Shown piece after piece: positions 41,820-51,038 of a stretch of 64,000 bases of DNA (the stretch's first letter is position 1; each line of letters opens with the position of its first letter). Position numbers and translations under genes: made by a program. The stretch covers positions 544,001 to 608,000 of the forward strand of contig OY970178.1 of assembly GCA_963707915.1 (NCBI GenBank), written 5' to 3'. Under the pieces are notes generated by a model. That model ran no database searches. It was not told the origin of the DNA and worked only from the letters and a program-made list of their open reading frames with translations. The stretch comes from Candidatus Eiseniibacteriota bacterium (GTDB lineage: Bacteria; Eisenbacteria; RBG-16-71-46).

Positions 41820-42701
41820 ATGCAGACTTCTGAGCTGCTGCGCAAGGTCCGGCGGCTCGAGATCCGCAGCCGGCACCTGGTCGCGGACCTCTTCGCGGGG
41901 AACGCCGAGAGCGTCTTCAAGGGCCGGGGCATGGAGTTCGAGGAGGTGCGGCGCTACGTCCCGGGGGACGAGGTGCGCGACATCGACTGGAACGTCACGG
42001 CCCGTTTCGGCGAGCCGTTCGTCAAGCGTTTCGTCGAGGAGCGCGAGCTCACGGTGGTGCTGGTGGTGGACGTCTCGCGCTCGATGCGCTTCAGCACCGC
42101 CGCGGTCGAGAAGCGCGAGCTGGCCGCCGAACTGTGCGCGGTGCTGGGATTCGCGGCGCAGCGGCACAACGACAAGGTCTCGCTGCTGCTGGTGGGCCGC
42201 CGCGTCGAGCACTTCGTCCCGCCCGGCCGGGGGCGCTCGCACGTGTTGCGGATGCTGCGCGACGTGCTGGGTGCCGAGGCCCGGCCGGGCCCGGCGGGTG
42301 CGCGGGACGCCGCGCACTTCCTGCTGCGCACCGCGCGCCGGCACAGCGTGGTCTTCTGGATCTCCGACTTCGACGACCCGCTCGATCCGCGCGACTGGAG
42401 GGTGCTGGCGCGGCGCCACGACGTGACCGCGCTGTTGCTGCGCGACGCCCGCGACGAGTCGCTGCCCTCGGTCGGCTGGGTCGAGCTCGAGGACCTCGAG
42501 AGCGGGGAGCGGCGGCTGGTGGACAGCGGCGATCCGCGCACCCGCGAGCGCTACCAGCGCGAGGCCGCGAAGCGGCTCAAGACGGTGAGCGGCGCGCTCG
42601 CCCAGGCCCGCTGCCCGTTGCTGGTGCTCCAGACCGGCCGGCCCTGGCTGCCGGTGCTGATGCGCTACTTCAGCCAGCGGCGCCGGGGGAGGCGCGGGTG
42701 A
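41820..42701 (+). CDS. DUF58 / vWA protein
   Basis: GMEFEEVRRYVPGDEVRDIDWNVTAR, DVSRSM, ISDF. Confidence 0.93.
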   Translation: MQTSELLRKVRRLEIRSRHLVADLFAGNAESVFKGRGMEFEEVRRYVPGDEVRDIDWNVTARFGEPFVKRFVEERELTVVLVVDVSRSMRFSTAAVEKRELAAELCAVLGFAAQRHNDKVSLLLVGRRVEHFVPPGRGRSHVLRMLRDVLGAEARPGPAGARDAAHFLLRTARRHSVVFWISDFDDPLDPRDWRVLARRHDVTALLLRDARDESLPSVGWVELEDLESGERRLVDSGDPRTRERYQREAAKRLKTVSGALAQARCPLLVLQTGRPWLPVLMRYFSQRRRGRRG

Positions 42702-43711
42702 GGCGCGCGTGGGCGGTCGCCCTGGCGCTGGTCGCAGGGGTGGCGTCGGCCGCTCCGACGGGCGGCGGCCTGCCGGTCGTGCCGGTCCGCTCCGGTGTGG
42801 CCCGCGCGGCGGGGTACGCGTGCCAGGCCGCGGTGCGGCCCGGCGTGGCGAGGGTGGGAGAGCCGGTGCTCTACCGGGGCCGCGTGATGCTTCCCGGGCT
42901 CATGGAGCTGCGCTGGCGGCCGCCCGCCGGGGGCGGCGACTTCGAGTGGGGCAGCCCCCGGGTGCGGCGCATCCCCGCGTACTCGGGCTCGCGCAATCGT
43001 TCGCGCGAGCGGCTGCTCACCGACACGCTGGAGGTCGAGATCCCCCTGCAGGCGTTCACCCCGGGAATGCTCGGCGTGCCCGGGCTGGGCTTCGAGGTGC
43101 GCGGGCCCGACGGCTCCGTCCGGACCGGGCAGCTTCCCGTGGTCCGCCTGGCGGTTGCCCCGGTCCTGTCCCCCGACGACACCAGCGCGAGCCTGCGCCC
43201 CCTGCGCGGGCCGCTGGGGGCGCCGTGGTGGGAGCGGGTGCCCTGGCTCGCCGTGGGGCTGGGCGCGCTGGTCGCGGGGGGCGTCGGCTGGATCGCGTGG
43301 CGCCTGCGCCGCCGGCGCGTCCCGGAGGCCGGGCCCGTGCGGACGCGTCCGTCGGCGGACCCGGCGACGGTGGCGCTCGCGGCGCTCGCGGCGCTGCGCG
43401 GCCTGCGGCTGCCGGAGCAGGGCCGCTTCGCCGTGCATGCGCTCGAGCTGACCGGGATCCTGCGGCGCTTCCTCGAGGCCACGCAGGGCTCGCCGCGCCC
43501 CGGTGACAGCACCCCCGAGCTGGTGGCCCGCCTCGAGGCCACGCGCCTGACCCCGTCGGAGCGCGAGCGCGTCGCCGCGCTGCTCGCGGCGTGGGACCGG
43601 GTCAAGTTCGCGCGCGCGGCGAGCAGCCCGGAGGAGGCGCGCCGCGCCGAGGGCGCGGTCGAGGGCCTGGCGCGCCGACGTCTCCCGGGCGCGGGCGAGG
43701 GGGGCGCGTGA
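42698..43711 (+). CDS. Bat-operon membrane-anchored hypothetical protein
   Basis: Signal peptide, Ig-like region, one TM helix, ILRRFLE...DRVKFAR C-terminus typical of the gene before batA. Confidence 0.75.
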   Translation: MRRAWAVALALVAGVASAAPTGGGLPVVPVRSGVARAAGYACQAAVRPGVARVGEPVLYRGRVMLPGLMELRWRPPAGGGDFEWGSPRVRRIPAYSGSRNRSRERLLTDTLEVEIPLQAFTPGMLGVPGLGFEVRGPDGSVRTGQLPVVRLAVAPVLSPDDTSASLRPLRGPLGAPWWERVPWLAVGLGALVAGGVGWIAWRLRRRRVPEAGPVRTRPSADPATVALAALAALRGLRLPEQGRFAVHALELTGILRRFLEATQGSPRPGDSTPELVARLEATRLTPSERERVAALLAAWDRVKFARAASSPEEARRAEGAVEGLARRRLPGAGEGGA

Positions 43712-44688
43712 TGCGCTGGGAGGCCCCGTGGCTGCTGCTCCTGCTGCTGCTCGTGCCGCTGCTCGCCGTGCTGTCGCGCCGTCGCCCCCCGGCGCGCCCG
43801 GCGGCGGTGCTCTGGGTGCGGGCGGACGGTCGCGCCGGCGTGCGCGCCGGGCTGGTGCGCGCCGTCTCGGTGCTGCCGTGGCTGGCGCTCGCGCTCGCGC
43901 TGGTCTCGCTCGCGCGCCCGCAGCAGGGCCTGAGCCTGAGCGAGACCGAGAGCCGCGGCGTGGACATCATGCTCGCGATCGACATGTCGCCGAGCATGTC
44001 GGCGCAGGACTTCCAACCGCTCAACCGCCTCAGCGTCGCCAAGGCGACGGCGCGCGAGTTCATCCGCCGCCGCCCGCACGACCGGATCGGCCTGACCGGG
44101 TTCGCGGCCACGGCGTTCACGCAGTGCCCGCTGACGCTCGACCATGACGCGCTCGTCGAGCTGCTGGACGGACTCGACTTCGGACTCGCCGAGGACGGCA
44201 CCGCCATCGGCATGGGGCTGGCGACGGCCGTGGCGCGGTTGCGCGAGAGCCGCACCCCCAGCAAGGTGATCGTGCTGCTCACCGACGGGGCCAACAATCG
44301 CGGGCAGATCGATCCGCTCACCGGCGCGGACCTGGCGCGGGCGCTGGGGGTGAAGGTCCACACCATCCTCGTCGGCCGGGGCGGGATGGTGCCGGTGCCG
44401 ATGGACGACCCGGTGACGGGCCGGCGCATCCAGATGATGCAGATGGAGGTGGACCCGGTGACGCTGCAGGAGATCGCGCAGCGCACCGGCGGCCGCTTCT
44501 ACCGCGCCACGGACGCGGGCGCGCTGGCGGGGATCTACGGCGAGATCGACCGGCTCGAGCGCGTCCCGGTGCGCTCCATCGTCTACCGCGACTACCGCGA
44601 CCTGGCGCCCCTGGTGCTGGGCGCGGCGGCGTTCCTGCTGGCGGCGGCCGTGCTGCTCGGCAACACCCTGGCCTTCCGGCTCCCGTGA
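43711..44688 (+). CDS. batA: BatA-like vWA domain protein
   Basis: N-terminal PWLL TM, LARPQ, DMSPSM MIDAS, GTAIG, LLTDG. Confidence 0.9.
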   Translation: MRWEAPWLLLLLLLVPLLAVLSRRRPPARPAAVLWVRADGRAGVRAGLVRAVSVLPWLALALALVSLARPQQGLSLSETESRGVDIMLAIDMSPSMSAQDFQPLNRLSVAKATAREFIRRRPHDRIGLTGFAATAFTQCPLTLDHDALVELLDGLDFGLAEDGTAIGMGLATAVARLRESRTPSKVIVLLTDGANNRGQIDPLTGADLARALGVKVHTILVGRGGMVPVPMDDPVTGRRIQMMQMEVDPVTLQEIAQRTGGRFYRATDAGALAGIYGEIDRLERVPVRSIVYRDYRDLAPLVLGAAAFLLAAAVLLGNTLAFRLP

Positions 44689-44698
44689 GGACGCGAAC

Positions 44699-46408
44699 GT
44701 GACCTTCCCCGATCCCCGCTGGCTCCTGCCGCTGCTGGCCGTGCCCGCGCTGTGGCTGCTCGCGCTGCTGGCGCGCCGGCGCGCCCGCCTCGGCCTCGCC
44801 CGGCTGATCGGGGAGCGCCCGGACTCGGTGCTGCGCGCGCAGGTGCTCGCGGGCTCGCGCCGCGCCGAGGCGCTGCTGCGGCTGGGGGCGCTGACTGCGC
44901 TGATCGTGGGCGCGGCGGGGCCGGAGTGGGGACGCGAGGTGGTGCGCCGCGCGTCGAGCGGATCGGACGTGGTGCTGGTGCTGGACGCGTCGGCCAGCAT
45001 GGATACCCGGGACGTGGCGCCCTCGCGGATCGAGGAAGCGCGGCGCGAGGCGCTGGCCGCGCTGGACCGGCTCGCGGGGAGCCGCGTCGCCGTGGTGGCG
45101 TTCGCCGGGGACGCCTCGCGGCTCTGTCCGCTGACGCTCGACCGCAGCGCGGCGCGGCTCACGCTCGAGTCGTTGTCCAGCGCCTCGGTGAGCACGCCGG
45201 GCACGGACCTGGGCCGCGCGCTGCGGATGGCGGCGCGGGTCCTCCCGCCCGGGCGGCGCGACGAACAGGCCATCGTGCTGTGGACGGACGGGGAGGACCT
45301 CGAGGGCGGCGCGAAGGGCGCCCTGGACGAACTCGCGATGCACGGCGTGCGGGTCTTCGCCGTGGGGGTCGGCACGCCGGCGGGGGGCGAGGTGCCGGTG
45401 CTGGACGACCAGGGCCGCGCGGTGGACGTGAAGCGCGCGCCGGGCGGCGGGCCGGTGGTGAGCCGGCTGGACGAGGGGCTGCTCCGGGCGGTGGCCCGGC
45501 GCACTCGTGGCGGGTACTACTCCGCGTCGCGCCCGGGCGGGGAGTTGCCGCGGCTGCTGGCCTCGCTGGGCGGCCTGGCGCGCTCGGCGCGGGGCACGCG
45601 GATGAGCGAACGCCCGGTACCGCGCTTCCGGTGGTTCGCGCTGGCCGCGATCGCGCTGCTGACGCTGGACCAGCTCCGGGCGCGCCGGCGCCGCGAGGCG
45701 GAGTCCGAGGCCGGCGCCCCGCTGCACTCCGAACGGAGCACGGCCGCGGCGCTGGCGCTGCTCCTGCTGCTGGTACCGGGACCGGCCCGTGCGCAGAGCG
45801 AGTGGGCGCGGGGCGACCGCGCGTTCCGCTCGGGGCAGTGGGCGGTGGCGGAATCGCTGTACGCGAGCCGGCTGAGGTATGGCGCGCCGCCCGAGGTGCG
45901 GGTCAACCTGGCCACGGCACGCGCGCAGGGCGGGCAGGCGGAGCGCGCCGAGCGGGAGTGGTCGGCGCTGGCCGGGAGCGACACGCGCGCGGGGCGCGCC
46001 GCGGGGTACAATCTGGGGACGCTGCTGGGCGGGCGGGGCGACGTGACGCGCGCGCTGGGGGCGCTGCGGAACGTGCTGAAGCGCGACCCGGCCGACGAGG
46101 ACGCGCGCTGGAACTACGAGGTGCTGCTGCGGGAGCGCGAGCGGCGCGAGCAGCAGAAGCAGCCCCGGCCCGAGCCGAAGCCGCAGCCGGCCGGGGGCGG
46201 GGGCGCGAAGCCGCAGCCGCAGGGCGCGCCGCCGAGCCCGCCGCCGACGGGCGGTGCGGCGCAGCAGCCCGCGCCGGGGCCGCAGGGGACGATGAGCCGC
46301 GCGCAGGCCGAGCGGCTGCTCGACGCGCTCGCGGAACTGGAGCGGTCCCAGGTGGGGCGCCAGCGGAAGGTGCGCGTGACCGACGAGAAGCGGGGGAGGG
46401 ACTGGTGA
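44699..46408 (+). CDS. BatB-BatC-like fusion (vWA, TPR, Q/P-rich linker)
   Basis: DASASM, TDGED, GVGT; TPR (YNLG, ARWNYE); MSRAQAERLL...RDW C-terminus. Confidence 0.85.
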   Translation: MTFPDPRWLLPLLAVPALWLLALLARRRARLGLARLIGERPDSVLRAQVLAGSRRAEALLRLGALTALIVGAAGPEWGREVVRRASSGSDVVLVLDASASMDTRDVAPSRIEEARREALAALDRLAGSRVAVVAFAGDASRLCPLTLDRSAARLTLESLSSASVSTPGTDLGRALRMAARVLPPGRRDEQAIVLWTDGEDLEGGAKGALDELAMHGVRVFAVGVGTPAGGEVPVLDDQGRAVDVKRAPGGGPVVSRLDEGLLRAVARRTRGGYYSASRPGGELPRLLASLGGLARSARGTRMSERPVPRFRWFALAAIALLTLDQLRARRRREAESEAGAPLHSERSTAAALALLLLLVPGPARAQSEWARGDRAFRSGQWAVAESLYASRLRYGAPPEVRVNLATARAQGGQAERAEREWSALAGSDTRAGRAAGYNLGTLLGGRGDVTRALGALRNVLKRDPADEDARWNYEVLLRERERREQQKQPRPEPKPQPAGGGGAKPQPQGAPPSPPPTGGAAQQPAPGPQGTMSRAQAERLLDALAELERSQVGRQRKVRVTDEKRGRDW

Positions 46409-48657
46409 GGCGCCCGGGTCGCGCGTCGGCGATGGTGGTGCTGGTGCTGGCGTGGCTCGCGGCCGCGGTCGCGGTCGCGGCCGGCGCGACGGTCGTGGCG
46501 CGGCTCGAGCGGGCGCGGGGGACCGTGGACGAGAGCGTGGGGTTCACGGTCACGGTGAGCGGTGCGGGGGCCGGTGTGCCCGCCCCGGTGGTGCAGCTGC
46601 CGGCCGGCCTCGAGGTGCTGGGGGTCTCGCGGGGTGAGAGCGCCTCGCAGACGGTCTTCCGCTACGAGATCGGGCTGCAGCGGGCGGGGCGCTACTCGGT
46701 CGGACCGGTGCGCGTGAGGGCCGACGGGCAGCTCCTCGCCAGCGGGGCCTGTGCACTGGTGGTGACGGCGGCCGCGCCGGGGCTCGCGGCGACGTCCGGC
46801 GCGGCGTCGCTTCTGGTCGACGTCGAGCCGCGGGCCCCGTGGGTGGGGGAGCCGGTGATCCTGCGCGTGCGCCTGGTGCTGGCCCGGGACCTCGCAGAGG
46901 AGCCGGCCTACGTGCCGCCCGTGACGACGGGGTTCTGGGCCGAGCCTCCCAGTCGCCCGGAGTCGTACTACGCGACGCAGGCCGGTCGCCGCGTGCTCGT
47001 CACCGAGACGCGGACCCGGCTCTACCCGCTGGCGCCGGGAGTGGCGCGCATCGGCGCGGCGGGGGCGGTGGTCGTGTTCGCGGGCGCGGACGCCGCCGAT
47101 CCGCTGCGGTGGGAGTCGGGCCGGGTGCCGCGTCGCGAGGTGACGCTCCGGAGCCAGCCGCTCGAGGTGGGGATCCGGCCCCTTCCGCCGGGCGCGCCGG
47201 CGGGATTCGACGGCGCGGTGGGATCGTTCGCGGTGCGCTGGTCCGCGGACCGCGAACGCACCTCGCTGGACGTCCCGCTCACCGCGCGGCTCGACGTGCG
47301 CGGCGTGGGCAACCTGCCGCTGGTCAAGGCGCCGGTCCTCGCCCCGGCGGACGCCGAGGTGTTCGCCGCGGGATCGGAGGACAGCCTCGCGGCCCCGGGA
47401 TCGCGCGGGGACGGCCGGAGGCGCTTCCAGTGGACGGTGCTGCCCCGCCGGGAGGGGACGTGGTCGATCGCGGTGCCGGCGTTCGTCTGGTTCGATCCGG
47501 CGGCCGGGGCGTACCGCAGCGCGCCCCAGCGTCCGCTCGTGGCGGAGGTGGGCCCGCGGGTGTTCTCGTCCGCCGCGGAGCACGCGGGATTCCCGGCGGT
47601 GTTCGAGCGCGAAGCGCCCGACCCCTTCTCGCGCGGAGCGGCACCGTGGATCTGGGCGCTGGCGGGACTGCTGGCCGGTGCCGCCGCCGTGGCGTGGCGG
47701 GTGCGGCCCCCGGCGGAGGCGCACGCGGAGGCGCGCGCCCGGGCGGCGGCCTGGCGCAATGCCCTGCGCGCCCCCGGAGGGCCGGCCTTCTGGCGTGCGG
47801 CCGAGGAGGCGGTCGAGTGGCTGGAGCCCGGCGGGCGGCCGGTCGCCGAGGTGCGCGAGCAGATCGTCGCCACCCGCTACGGCGGCGCCGAGGGTGACGT
47901 GGACGCGGTGCGTCTGCGGCTCGCCCGCGAGCTGGCGCTCGCGCTGCCCGCGGTTCCGGCGGCCTGGCGCTGGCGGCCCGTGGCGGTGGCGCTGGCGGGG
48001 ATCGCGGTGGTGGTGATGGTGCTGGGCGGCGTGACGCTGGGGGAGAGCGCGAACGCCCTGCGGCTGCGGGCGGCGGATCGCGTGGCGCGCGATGGAGACG
48101 TGGCGCGGGCCCGGGCCGCGTGGTACGGGATGTGGCAGGAGGGCGGTCGCGCGCCCGCCCTGGCCGCGCGACTGGCCTGGGCCGAGGCGACGCGCGGCGC
48201 GCTGGGCCCGGCCGCCGTGTGGGTGTTGCGCGGCCAACAGGGCGACGCCCGGGATCCGGCGCTGGCATGGGTGTCCGACCTGGTGCGCGAGGGCGGAGGG
48301 CTGGCGGGCTCGCGCCCCGTGAGGCTGCCGTTGCGGCGGATCGAGTGGGCGGCACTCGGACTGGTCCTGGGCCTCGCGGCGGGTGCGGTCTGGCCGCGGC
48401 GCCGTCTCGCGCTGGTCCTCGGCCTGCTGGCGCTGGGCACGGCGGGGGTGGAGCCGGTGCAGGACGCCTGGGTCGCTCACGTCGGACAATCGGTGGTGGG
48501 AAGGAGCGTGACGCTGGCGGGCGCGGGGCTCGAGCTCGAGCCCGGGCAGGTCGTGCAGGTGCTGGGCACCGAGGGTGCGTGGGCCCGGGTCCGCGCGGGG
48601 CGCGAGCTGGAGGGGCGCGTGCCCCTGGTGGCGCTGCTGCCGGTGGGACGACCGTGA
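46405..48657 (+). CDS. BatD-like protein with BatE/SH3-like C-terminus
   Basis: Repeated Ig-like domains, FDGAVGSF, GVGNL, FVWFDP, TM segments, LEPGQVVQV...WARVR...GRVP SH3-like end. Confidence 0.75.
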   Translation: MRRPGRASAMVVLVLAWLAAAVAVAAGATVVARLERARGTVDESVGFTVTVSGAGAGVPAPVVQLPAGLEVLGVSRGESASQTVFRYEIGLQRAGRYSVGPVRVRADGQLLASGACALVVTAAAPGLAATSGAASLLVDVEPRAPWVGEPVILRVRLVLARDLAEEPAYVPPVTTGFWAEPPSRPESYYATQAGRRVLVTETRTRLYPLAPGVARIGAAGAVVVFAGADAADPLRWESGRVPRREVTLRSQPLEVGIRPLPPGAPAGFDGAVGSFAVRWSADRERTSLDVPLTARLDVRGVGNLPLVKAPVLAPADAEVFAAGSEDSLAAPGSRGDGRRRFQWTVLPRREGTWSIAVPAFVWFDPAAGAYRSAPQRPLVAEVGPRVFSSAAEHAGFPAVFEREAPDPFSRGAAPWIWALAGLLAGAAAVAWRVRPPAEAHAEARARAAAWRNALRAPGGPAFWRAAEEAVEWLEPGGRPVAEVREQIVATRYGGAEGDVDAVRLRLARELALALPAVPAAWRWRPVAVALAGIAVVVMVLGGVTLGESANALRLRAADRVARDGDVARARAAWYGMWQEGGRAPALAARLAWAEATRGALGPAAVWVLRGQQGDARDPALAWVSDLVREGGGLAGSRPVRLPLRRIEWAALGLVLGLAAGAVWPRRRLALVLGLLALGTAGVEPVQDAWVAHVGQSVVGRSVTLAGAGLELEPGQVVQVLGTEGAWARVRAGRELEGRVPLVALLPVGRP

Positions 48658-49226
48658 CGAAGGTGCTCATGCTGGCCCTGGCCCTGCTGGGCCCGGTGGA
48701 ACGTCTGGACTGGGCGGTCGCCCGAGGCGTGCAGGAGGCGCGGCGGCCGGCGCTCGAGGGGGTCATGAGGGAGGCCACGGCGATCGGGCGGCCGGCAGTC
48801 GTGGCGGCCGGGCTCGCGATCGTGCTGGCGGTGGACCTCGCCGGCGGGGGCGGCTGGAGCACCGTGCGCCTGGCGGTGGTGGCGCTCGCCGGGACGAACC
48901 TGGTCGTGGAAGGGCTCAAGCGCGCCGTCGGGCGCACGCGGCCGGACGGGGACCCCAAGCGCTCGAACTCGTCGTTCCCGTCGAGCCACGCGGCCAACGC
49001 CTTCGCGCTGGCCTGGGTCCTCGGCCACCGCTGGCGCCGGGGGATCGTGCCATTCGTGGCGCTGGCGCTCGTGGTGGCGTTCTCGCGCATGTACCTGAAC
49101 CGGCACTTCCTGAGCGACGTGGTGGTCGGCGCGCTCATCGGCGCCGGCTGCGCCTGGGCGGCGGCGCGGTGGCTGCCGCTGCGTCGGCGGGTCGGGCCGC
49201 CGGGGACGGGGAGCCACGCGGGCTGA
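48654..49226 (+). CDS. PAP2-family membrane phosphatase
   Basis: KRAVGRTRP, SFPSSH, SRMYLNRHFLSDV. Confidence 0.92.
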   Translation: MTKVLMLALALLGPVERLDWAVARGVQEARRPALEGVMREATAIGRPAVVAAGLAIVLAVDLAGGGGWSTVRLAVVALAGTNLVVEGLKRAVGRTRPDGDPKRSNSSFPSSHAANAFALAWVLGHRWRRGIVPFVALALVVAFSRMYLNRHFLSDVVVGALIGAGCAWAAARWLPLRRRVGPPGTGSHAG

Positions 49227-49296
49227 GCCCCTCGATGCGGGGGCTGGCGGGCCCCCGGAGGCTTTGCTATCGTCCGTCCGGGAGGTCGTGCGGACC

Positions 49297-49761
49297 ATGT
49301 CGATCCTCGTCGGTCCTGCCATGCACCCTGCTCGTCTCATCCCGGACCTCAAGAGCTCCAGCCGTGACGGCGTTCTCGGCGAGATGGCGCGCCAGGCGCT
49401 GGGGCTCGGCGTCGCGCGGGAGCCCGCGGCGCTCCGCGCCCTGCTCCTGATGCGCGAGCGTCTCGGGGCGACGGCCGTGGGGCACGGGATCGCCGTGCCG
49501 AACGCCCGCTCGCTGCTGGTGACCTGGCCCGTCCTGCTGATGGGGCGCTCCCGGCCGGGCGTGGACTGGGGGGCGGAGGACGGCCTGCCGGTGCGCCTGG
49601 TCCTGCTCCTGCTCTCCCCGGCGCAGACCGGCGCGACGTTCCACGTCGGAGCGTTGTCGCGCGCGGTCGCCGCCGTCCGATCGGCGCGGGCGCGCCAGCG
49701 GCTGTTCGAGAGCGACGACGAGTGCGAGATCGCCGATCTGCTCGGAGCGGCACGGGGATGA
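49297..49761 (+). CDS. PTS EIIA (Ntr/fructose-type) homolog lacking the phospho-His
   Basis: RERLGATAVGHGIAVPNAR, GVDWGAEDGLPVRLVLLLL. Confidence 0.88.
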   Translation: MSILVGPAMHPARLIPDLKSSSRDGVLGEMARQALGLGVAREPAALRALLLMRERLGATAVGHGIAVPNARSLLVTWPVLLMGRSRPGVDWGAEDGLPVRLVLLLLSPAQTGATFHVGALSRAVAAVRSARARQRLFESDDECEIADLLGAARG

Positions 49762-50093
49762 CCGACTGGAGCGACGTGGTCGGACTGCACGACCTCGACC
49801 TGCTGATCGAGGAGGCGGGCAGCGGCGGCACCCGGCAGATCGTGCTGGGCCTGGGGTTCAGCCTCGCCGGGCTGCCGGCCGTGGAGCGGGCACGCGCCCG
49901 CCTGCACGCGCGGCTGGAGAGCCGGTGGGCGCACGCCTACGATCGCGCGCGGCGGCGCTACGGCCGCGGCGTCGTGCTGGTGCGCGACCGCGTCTGCCAG
50001 GGCTGCTTCATCACCCTTCCCACCTGCGCCGCGGCGAGCCGGGACTCCCTGACCCTCTGCGAGTCCTGCGGCCGCATCCTGTTCTGGCGCTGA
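49758..50093 (+). CDS. Short DUF164-type C4 zinc-ribbon protein
   Basis: LHDLD N-terminus, YDRARRRYGRGVV, CQGC...CESCGRIL; ATGA overlap with the EIIA gene. Confidence 0.85.
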   Translation: MTDWSDVVGLHDLDLLIEEAGSGGTRQIVLGLGFSLAGLPAVERARARLHARLESRWAHAYDRARRRYGRGVVLVRDRVCQGCFITLPTCAAASRDSLTLCESCGRILFWR

Positions 50094-50173
50094 GCGCCCG
50101 CTCCGGGGTCCACGCCGGGGTGCGGCCTGCGGTATGCTGGGCGGGAGCGGATCGGGCAACGGGAGGAGCGCTG

Positions 50174-50599
50174 ATGAAGCGGAGCCGTGGATGGCAGGTC
50201 GTGATGCTGCTGGCCTGGTGCGCGGGATCGGGTTGCACCGCGCTGCGCGAGATCCCGCGCGTGGACTACGTGGCCCGCGCACAGGACCGTCCGGTCCGGA
50301 TCGTGACGCGCGAGGGCCTGAGCTACGAGCTGGATTCGGCGAAGATCGAGGCGGACACGCTGGTGGGCTATCGCCGCCGGGACGTGCAGGGCCCGATCGA
50401 CGAGTTCGACACGATCCGGTTGCCGCTCGACGAAGTGGCCACGATCTCGGCCCGGCGCATCGACTGGTACCGCACGGGCCTGGTGGGCGGACTGTCGATG
50501 GCGGCGATCGTGATCGGGGCCTCGGTGGCGCGGCGAGGGACCTCGGGAGGGACGTCGGGGACGCCCTCCCCGTGCCGCAAGGAACCGTGCCCGCAGTAG
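50174..50599 (+). CDS. Hypothetical lipoprotein with C-terminal hydrophobic helix
   Basis: GGAGGAG SD, MKRSR-hydrophobic-GSGC lipobox-like start, C-terminal GLVGGLSMAAIVIGA. Confidence 0.7.
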   Translation: MKRSRGWQVVMLLAWCAGSGCTALREIPRVDYVARAQDRPVRIVTREGLSYELDSAKIEADTLVGYRRRDVQGPIDEFDTIRLPLDEVATISARRIDWYRTGLVGGLSMAAIVIGASVARRGTSGGTSGTPSPCRKEPCPQ

Positions 50600-50600
50600 C

Positions 50601-50960
50601 TCACCGGGCCAGGGCTCCGGTGGCGAGCGCCGCCAGGCCCGCGCCGATCGCGTCGGCCGCGAGGTCCACGGGGTCGAAGCCCCCGTGCCGGCGGTCGCGC
50701 GCCTCCTTGGCGAGGCCGAGAGCGAGCGCGCTCGCCGCGCCCGCGGCGGGGCGGCGCGCGAGCAACCCCACGCCGAGGCCGAGCGTGAAGGAGAGCGAGG
50801 CGTGCTCGAGGCGGTCCGCCCGAAGCAGGCCGGTCTGCCACGCGCGGACCGACGGCGGGGGTGGCGCGGGCGGGGGCGCCGGCCCGGCCGTCGCGGTCAG
50901 GGGCGCGAACGCGAGCCGAGCGAGGAGCAGCGTGCCGGCCAGCCGTGCCGGGTGTCGCAT
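50601..50960 (-). CDS. YfiM/DUF2279-like small membrane protein
   Basis: DRLEHASLS, LGLAKEARD, GFDPVDLAADAIG; GGGGAGG SD on the minus strand. Confidence 0.75.
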   Translation of the reverse strand: MRHPARLAGTLLLARLAFAPLTATAGPAPPPAPPPPSVRAWQTGLLRADRLEHASLSFTLGLGVGLLARRPAAGAASALALGLAKEARDRRHGGFDPVDLAADAIGAGLAALATGALAR

Positions 50961-51038
50961 GTGGGCCTCCCCGTGCCCGCCGGCGGCGCCGGGCAGCCTC
51001 GGCGTTGACGTCCCCGGGGCGCGTGCGCGAGGCACGTC

